A DNA stretch of 64,000 nt from contig JBKJIQ010000003.1 in assembly GCA_046598395.1 (NCBI GenBank), positions 40,914-104,913 on the forward strand, given 5' to 3'. Positions 58,194 to 64,000 of the stretch are shown in pieces (within the stretch, counting starts at the first letter, position 1; the number at the start of each line of letters is the position of its first letter). The DNA is from Acidimicrobiia bacterium. Its GTDB lineage: Bacteria; Actinomycetota; Acidimicrobiia; IMCC26256; JAENVU01. The translations under genes and the position numbers were made by a program. Below the pieces are notes generated by a model. The model was not told the origin of the DNA, ran no database searches, and saw only the letters and a program-made list of their open reading frames with translations.

Positions 58194-58595
58194 ATGGCCC
58201 GCATACAACTCCGCGAGTTCTGTGGCTACCGCGCCGGCGACAAGGGCGACACCTCCGACGTTGCGCTGTTCGCCTACGACGATGCCGGATACGCGCTGAT
58301 CGTGGCCGAGGTGACCGCGGCACGAGTCAAAGCGCATTTCGGTGCGTTGGTGCAGGGCGAGATCGTTCGTTACGAAGCCGCGAACATGCACGCGCTCAAC
58401 TTCGTGTTGCGGGCCGCGCTCGGCGGCGGCGGTCCGAAGTCATTGCGCTCCGACAACCTCGGCAAGACGATGGGCGGCGCGTTGGTGCGCTTGGAGATCG
58501 ACGTGTCCGACGATGTGGCCGGGCGTTTGATTCGGCGTGCCCGCCCCGACGTGAGCTGGGCCGACACCATCATCGCCGCCCACACGTCTCGCTGA
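58194..58595 (+). CDS. AtuA-related small protein (C-terminal domain as separate gene)
   Basis: RAGDKGD, V.RYE, ALNFVL..ALGGG...SLRSDNLGK. Confidence 0.88.
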   Translation: MARIQLREFCGYRAGDKGDTSDVALFAYDDAGYALIVAEVTAARVKAHFGALVQGEIVRYEAANMHALNFVLRAALGGGGPKSLRSDNLGKTMGGALVRLEIDVSDDVAGRLIRRARPDVSWADTIIAAHTSR

Positions 58596-58610
58596 GACTG
58601 ATCGATGGAG

Positions 58611-59006
58611 TCAACGCCTCGCGCGCGTGACCTCGACTTCGTACGCGTCAAACGCGCGGTCCACCGTCACGATGGGAATGTTCTCGATCTGCGCCTGCGC
58701 GATGAGCATCCGGTCGAACGGGTCGCGATGATGCAATGGGAGCGTTGCAACACGGAGAGCGTGGTCGCCACGCACCGGCAGCACATGGATGCTTTCATCG
58801 CGTAGGTACGCCGGAAACCATTCGTCGACCTTCTCGGGCAACGGGAGCTTGCCGTTCGCATGCTTGATGGAAATCTCCCAGAGACTCGCAGACGAGAGCA
58901 ATACCGTCACGCCCGGGTCTGCGATCTGGTCGAGTACCTCGACCGCGATTCGCTCCGGGTCGGTCTGAAGCCACAAGACCACGTGGGTATCGAGCAGGAT
59001 GTTCAC
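58611..59006 (-). CDS. PIN-domain toxin VapC
   Basis: LLDTHVVLW, SLWEISIK, LHHRDPFDRMLIAQA, TVD..F. Confidence 0.93.
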   Translation of the reverse strand: MNILLDTHVVLWLQTDPERIAVEVLDQIADPGVTVLLSSASLWEISIKHANGKLPLPEKVDEWFPAYLRDESIHVLPVRGDHALRVATLPLHHRDPFDRMLIAQAQIENIPIVTVDRAFDAYEVEVTRARR

Positions 59007-59239
59007 GAGTAGAAGAGGTCGAGAATCTCGTCAGGCAACGGCGCGTCAAAATCGTCGGGGACCACAAACACTCCCGCGTATTGCCCGAAGACGCGCCGGG
59101 GTTTGACCACCGGTTCGGTGGCGACCAAGCGCGCGACCGGCTTGCCGGAGCGACAGATCACCACTTCCTCACCTGCCTCCACCTGCGCGAGCAGCTTGGA
59201 GAGATGAGTTTTCGCTTCATGTACGCCAACCGAAACCAT
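59003..59239 (-). CDS. Phd/YefM antitoxin
   Basis: VGVHEAKTHLSKLL, GEEVVI.R.GKPVARLV, DDFDAPLP. Confidence 0.93.
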   Translation of the reverse strand: MVSVGVHEAKTHLSKLLAQVEAGEEVVICRSGKPVARLVATEPVVKPRRVFGQYAGVFVVPDDFDAPLPDEILDLFYS

Positions 59240-59267
59240 GGGCAAAAGACTAAGTCATCTAGCTAAG

Positions 59268-59312
59268 TCCGTCAACCCCGCATCCGTCAACCCCATATCC
59301 GTCGACCCCTTA
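59268..59312. repeat. Three tandem 15-bp imperfect repeats
   Basis: TCCGTCAACCCCGCA / TCCGTCAACCCCATA / TCCGTCGACCCCTTA. Confidence 0.8.
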
Positions 59313-59354
59313 TCCGCCAGGCGACACCGACGGCCAAAGCGTTACCGTCAGGCG

Positions 59355-62300
59355 ATGGTGCCGGACCCCCTCGTTGCGTTCTCCTCGCCGGCGCGGGAGT
59401 GGTTCACCACCACGTTCGGCGCCGCTACCGATGCCCAAGCCCAGGGTTGGCCGGCGATCGCCGCGGGCGACCACACCCTCATCCTTGCCCCTACCGGTTC
59501 GGGCAAGACGCTCGCCGCGTTTCTCTGGGCCATCGACCGCCTCGCCATCGACCCGGTACCGCCCAAACTCGAACGCACCCGGGTGCTGTACCTCTCACCG
59601 ATCAAAGCGTTAGCGGTCGACGTGGAGAAGAACCTGCGCGCGCCGATCGCGGGCGCAACACTCGCGGCCGAACGCCTCGGCATCCCGTTGCACACCCCCA
59701 CCGTGGGTGTGCGCAGCGGTGACACGCCCGCCAAGGAACGCGCCGCCCTGCGCCGCAATCCACCCGACATCCTGATCACCACTCCCGAGTCGCTCTACCT
59801 CATGCTCACCTCGGGGGCGCGCGAAACATTGCGCGACGTGCAATGGGTGATCGTCGACGAGATTCACGCGGTGGCGGGAACCAAACGCGGCGCCCACCTC
59901 GCGTTGTCGCTCGAACGCCTCGACGCGATCTCGCGCACACCACCGCAGCGCATCGGACTCTCGGCCACGCAACGTCCGCTCGACGAGATCGCGCGGTTTC
60001 TCGGTGGTCGAAGCGACGGTGAACTCCGGCCGGTCACGGTGGTGGACGCCGGCATGCGCAAGGTGCTCGACCTCGAAGTGATCGTTCCGATCGAAGACAT
60101 GGGTGCACTCGGAACCAAGCTCGCCGATCCGCCGAGTGGGCCGCTCGATGGCGAGACCCGGTCCAGCATCTGGCCGCACGTGCACCCGCGCATTCTCGAA
60201 CTCATCCGTGCCCATCACACCACGTTGATCTTCTGTAACGCGCGTCGCCTCGCCGAACGGCTGGCGGCGCGCCTGAACGAGCTCGCCGGCGAAGAGCTGG
60301 TAAAGGCGCACCATGGTTCGCTGGCGCGCGAACAGCGACTGATCGTGGAAGACGAGCTCAAGACCGGTCGACTACGCGCCCTCGTCGCAACGAGCAGCCT
60401 GGAGCTGGGCATCGACATGGGAACCGTCGATCTGGTGATTCAGGTGGAGTCGCCAGGAGCGGTGAGCCGCGGATTGCAGCGCATCGGGCGCGCCGGCCAC
60501 CAGGTAGGCGAGCCGAGCACCGGCAAGATTTTCCCGAAGTACCGCGGCGACCTGCTGGAAGTGGCGGTCGTGGTGGAACGCATGCGCGCCGGCGCGATCG
60601 AATCCACCCGGATCGTGCGCAACCCGCTCGACGTCCTCGCGCAACAGATCGTGGCGATGTGCGCCGTCGACGAGTGGAACGTGGACGAGCTGCTCGCGCT
60701 GGTACGACGATGCGCGAACTTCTCGGAGCTGGGCGACGACTCGTTCACCGCAGTGCTCGATCTGTTGTCGGGGCGCTATCCGTCGGACGAGTTCGCGGGG
60801 CTCCGACCTCGCCTGGTATGGGATCGCATCGCCGGAACCGTTCGGGCGCGCGACGGTGCGGGCCGGATCGCGATCACCAACGGCGGAACGATTCCTGACC
60901 GCGGCCTCTTCGGCGTCTTCCTCCCCGAAGGCACTCGCGTGGGCGAGCTCGACGAAGAGATGGTCTACGAGAGCCGGCCCGGCGAGACCTTCGTGTTGGG
61001 CGCGAGTACCTGGCGGATCGATCAGATCACCCACGACCGAGTGGTGGTGATCCCCGCTCCGGGTGAGCCCGGGCGCCTGCCGTTCTGGCACGGCGACCAA
61101 CCCGGCCGTCCGATCGAGCTCGGGCGGGCGATCGGCGCGTTCACTCGGGAGTTACGCGCTCGGACCGACGACGATGCGGTTGCGCACCTGCGTGCGGTAT
61201 CGGCGATGGACCAACTCGCCGCGCAGAACCTGGTCGCGTACCTCGCCGAACAGACCGAAGCCACGGGTGCAGTCCCGGACGACCGCACGATTGTGGTGGA
61301 GCGCTTCCCCGATGAACTCGGCGACTGGCGGGTGTGCATCCTGAGCCCCTTCGGCGCGCGGGTCCACGCTCCGTGGGGCATGGCACTGCGCGCGTTACTG
61401 ACCGAGAGCCTCGGCACGGATGTACAGGTCCTGTGGAGCGACGACGGCATCGTGTTGCGCCTCCCCGACGCGGTGGAGCACTTCCCCATCGAAGACCTTG
61501 CACTCGATCCCGATGCGATCGAAGACCTCGTCATCAACGCACTGCCGGGTTCGTCGCTGTTCGGCGCGCGCTTTCGCGAAGCCGCCGCCCGAGCGCTGTT
61601 GCTGCCGAAACGCCGACCCGGCGAACGGACTCCCCTCTGGCAACAACGTCAACGCGCCGCCGGGCTCTTGGAAGTGGCTGCCGGTCATCCGAGTTTCCCG
61701 ATCATCCTCGAAACCACGCGCGAGTGCCTGCAGGAAGTGTTCGATCTCCCTGCCCTGATCGAGGTGCTGCGCGATCTGCGAGCCCGGCGTATTCGCATGG
61801 TCACCGTCGACACCACCCGAGCGTCGCCGTTCGCGCAGTCGCTCCTCTACTCGTGGATTGCCACGTTCATGTACGAGGGCGATGCGCCCCTCGCCGAACG
61901 GCGCGCGGCGGCACTCTCACTTGACCGCAACCTGCTGCGCGAACTCCTCGGGACCGACGAACTCCGGGAGCTCCTCGACGCCGAAGCACTCGGAGAGCTC
62001 GAACTCGAACTCCAGCGACTCACCGCGTCGAGGCGCGAACGCATCCGCACCGTCGACGATATCCACGACCTGCTCCGCGATCTCGGAGACCTGTCCGAGA
62101 TCGAACTCGAGGCCCGGTGCGATCTCGATCCCGCTCCGATGCTGAGCGAGCTGCGGGCCGTGCGCCGGGTGATCGACATCACGATCGCCGGCGAGACCCG
62201 AGTCATCGCGGCCGAGGACGCGGCGCGCTACCGAGACGCGTTCGGTTGCGCGCTCCCGCCCGGCCTCCCCGTGGCCTTCACCGATCCGGTACCGGAGCCG

Positions 62301-63749
62301 CTCACTGATCTCGTCGCACGGTTCGCGCGCACCCACGGCCCGTTTACCACCATCGAAGCGGCCCAACGATTCGGCGTAGCCGCCGACCGTCTGGTCCCCA
62401 CGCTCCGGACCCTCGAAGCGGCGGATCGGATCGTGCGCGGCGAGTTCCGGCCCGATGGTCACGACCGCGAGTGGTGCGACACCACCGTGCTGCGCCGATT
62501 GCGGCGGCGCAGCCTGGCGAAGTTGCGCCACGAAGTGGAGCCGGTGGAACCCGAGGTGCTCGCGCGGTTCCTGCCGGCCTGGCACGGCATGGACGCACCG
62601 CGCCACGGTGTCGACGCGCTCCTCGACGCGCTGTCCCTGATCCAGGGTGCGCCCATCCCCGCGTCGACGTTGGAACACGATGTGCTCCCGGCGCGCGTCG
62701 GTGGATACGGACCCGGCCTCCTCGACGCAGTCCTCAGCAGCGGTGAGATCGTGTGGGTTGGTGCGGGCGCGATCGGACCGCGCGACGGTCGGATCGTGCT
62801 CGCGTACCGCGATCGGGCGCACCTGCTCCTCCCGCCGGCGCTGGAGCGTCCCCGGGGCCCCGTCCACGATGGCATCGTCGACCACCTGGAACGCGCCGGC
62901 GCATCTTTCTGGCCCGACGTGCTCGGCGCGGCCGGCAACGCGCCCGAAGCGGAGGTCCTCGCGGCACTGTGGGATCTCGTGTGGGCGGGATACGTCACCA
63001 ACGACAGCTTCGCACCGCTACGCGCCCAACTCGGCCGGGGCAAGCGACGCGCCAAGACCACTGCTCGACCACGTCCCGGCAGTCTGCGGCGCATCGGACC
63101 GCCTGCCGGTGCGGGACGCTGGTCCCTGCTGCGCACGGAGTCGGCCGCACTGGCGTTCACCCCCACCGAACGCGCCCATGCGCTCGCCACCCAACTGCTC
63201 GAGCGCCACGGCGTGGTGACGCGCGAAGCCGTGAGGGCGGAAGGAATCTTCGGCGGCTACGCGGCGGTGTACCCGGTGTTACGAGCGTTGGAGGAGACGG
63301 GGAGAGTCCGGAGGGGCTACTTCGTGGCCGGGCTGGGTGCCGCCCAGTTCGCGCTGCCCGGCGCGGTCGATCGCCTCCGCGCGTTTCGCAGCGACGTTGC
63401 CGACGCGGAACCGCGCGTCCTCGCGGCCACCGACCCGGCTCAGCCTTACGGCGCCGCCCTGGCATGGCCGGAGAATCCCGGTCGACCCAGCCGCGCGGCA
63501 GGTGCGTACGTGGTGATCGGCGACGGTCACCTCCTCGCCTACTTGGAGCGAGGGGCCAAGACCCTCACCACGTTCACGGAATCGGATGTTTGGGCAACCG
63601 CGCTCGTGCGTCTGGTGAAGGACGGCCGCGTCCGCAAGATCGAACTCACACACGTGGACGGTCGGCCCGTGCGCGAGCATCCGAGCGCCGAGGCCCTGCG
63701 CGCCGCCGGCGCCCACGACACGCCCAAGGGACTCGTCATCCGCGATTGA
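59355..63749 (+). CDS. lhr: Large helicase-related protein (SF2 core plus long C-terminal region)
   Basis: APTGSGKT, ITTPESL, DEIH, SAT, HHGS, ATSSLELGID, QRIGRAGH, GGTIPD, C-terminal ATDPAQPYG; ~1464 aa. Confidence 0.95.
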   Translation: MVPDPLVAFSSPAREWFTTTFGAATDAQAQGWPAIAAGDHTLILAPTGSGKTLAAFLWAIDRLAIDPVPPKLERTRVLYLSPIKALAVDVEKNLRAPIAGATLAAERLGIPLHTPTVGVRSGDTPAKERAALRRNPPDILITTPESLYLMLTSGARETLRDVQWVIVDEIHAVAGTKRGAHLALSLERLDAISRTPPQRIGLSATQRPLDEIARFLGGRSDGELRPVTVVDAGMRKVLDLEVIVPIEDMGALGTKLADPPSGPLDGETRSSIWPHVHPRILELIRAHHTTLIFCNARRLAERLAARLNELAGEELVKAHHGSLAREQRLIVEDELKTGRLRALVATSSLELGIDMGTVDLVIQVESPGAVSRGLQRIGRAGHQVGEPSTGKIFPKYRGDLLEVAVVVERMRAGAIESTRIVRNPLDVLAQQIVAMCAVDEWNVDELLALVRRCANFSELGDDSFTAVLDLLSGRYPSDEFAGLRPRLVWDRIAGTVRARDGAGRIAITNGGTIPDRGLFGVFLPEGTRVGELDEEMVYESRPGETFVLGASTWRIDQITHDRVVVIPAPGEPGRLPFWHGDQPGRPIELGRAIGAFTRELRARTDDDAVAHLRAVSAMDQLAAQNLVAYLAEQTEATGAVPDDRTIVVERFPDELGDWRVCILSPFGARVHAPWGMALRALLTESLGTDVQVLWSDDGIVLRLPDAVEHFPIEDLALDPDAIEDLVINALPGSSLFGARFREAAARALLLPKRRPGERTPLWQQRQRAAGLLEVAAGHPSFPIILETTRECLQEVFDLPALIEVLRDLRARRIRMVTVDTTRASPFAQSLLYSWIATFMYEGDAPLAERRAAALSLDRNLLRELLGTDELRELLDAEALGELELELQRLTASRRERIRTVDDIHDLLRDLGDLSEIELEARCDLDPAPMLSELRAVRRVIDITIAGETRVIAAEDAARYRDAFGCALPPGLPVAFTDPVPEPLTDLVARFARTHGPFTTIEAAQRFGVAADRLVPTLRTLEAADRIVRGEFRPDGHDREWCDTTVLRRLRRRSLAKLRHEVEPVEPEVLARFLPAWHGMDAPRHGVDALLDALSLIQGAPIPASTLEHDVLPARVGGYGPGLLDAVLSSGEIVWVGAGAIGPRDGRIVLAYRDRAHLLLPPALERPRGPVHDGIVDHLERAGASFWPDVLGAAGNAPEAEVLAALWDLVWAGYVTNDSFAPLRAQLGRGKRRAKTTARPRPGSLRRIGPPAGAGRWSLLRTESAALAFTPTERAHALATQLLERHGVVTREAVRAEGIFGGYAAVYPVLRALEETGRVRRGYFVAGLGAAQFALPGAVDRLRAFRSDVADAEPRVLAATDPAQPYGAALAWPENPGRPSRAAGAYVVIGDGHLLAYLERGAKTLTTFTESDVWATALVRLVKDGRVRKIELTHVDGRPVREHPSAEALRAAGAHDTPKGLVIRD

Positions 63750-63771
63750 CCAGGCCGGCGCCCTTACCCCC

Positions 63772-63824
63772 GCGGCGCTTGTCGGATTGTGTGCGCTGAG
63801 CGCCACTACGTCGACAAACGCTGC
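63772..63824. repeat. Third copy (inverted) of the ~49-bp REP-like palindrome seen at 11855-11965
   Basis: Reverse complement reads GCGTTTGTCGACGTAGTGGCGCTCAGCGCACACAATCCGACAAGCGCC. Confidence 0.82.
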
Positions 63825-63862
63825 TGTTCTGGGACGCACCGCCGGGGGCGATGCGGAAGATG

Positions 63863-64000
63863 TCAGAGGGTCGCTAGCGCGGAGGCGCAGCCCAAGAGCG
63901 TGCGCCCCAGTGCCTGGTCCCCGTCGATCGCCGCGCCACAATTCTCGGGGTTCAGCCGTTCGGCCACCACCCGGCAGTAGTCCACCACGTCCAACGTGAG
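63863..64000 (-). CDS. C-terminus of a gene entering from the right edge, possibly MDMPI-family (partial)
   Basis: Manual translation LTLDVVDYCRVVAERLNPENCGAAIDGDQALGRTLLGCASALATL*. Confidence 0.55.
   Translation of the reverse strand, partial: LTLDVVDYCRVVAERLNPENCGAAIDGDQALGRTLLGCASALATL

Noticed and set aside
41035-59239. Three TA loci as markers of a genomic or defence island
   Set aside because: No integrase, transposase, tRNA or flanking att repeats; the loci are scattered among ordinary metabolic genes.
59238-59354. N-terminal extension of Lhr containing SVNP repeats
   Set aside because: It is the translated 15-bp intergenic repeat; a -10 element 6 nt before ATG 59355 marks the likely start.

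Overview
High-GC, gene-dense bacterial chromosome segment, most likely Actinomycetota and plausibly Acidimicrobiia (inferred from three F420-type LLM oxidoreductases, mycothiol-type MDMPI proteins, a class E-like sortase and many leaderless genes). It is mostly accessory and housekeeping metabolism: a TPP-riboswitch-led thiN-thiBPQ operon, msrB, a two-component system coupled to ribB, pdxH, a glycolipid/deacetylase cluster, a P450, MTA salvage, three tandem amidases with a split AtuA pair, three VapBC loci (one broken) and a full-length Lhr helicase. No rRNA, tRNA, CRISPR array, integrase or transposase was seen. Best candidate for an uncharacterised system: two translationally coupled enzymes each with an N-terminal Rieske domain (Rieske-GltB2-type FMN/[3Fe-4S] protein and Rieske-TPP enzyme), divergent from a flavin reductase whose 3' end is duplicated in frame. 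Other highlights: a formaldehyde-activating enzyme (Fae) gene missing from the ORF track, and a dispersed ~50-bp palindromic repeat family. All calls come from motif recognition by eye; no database searches were run.
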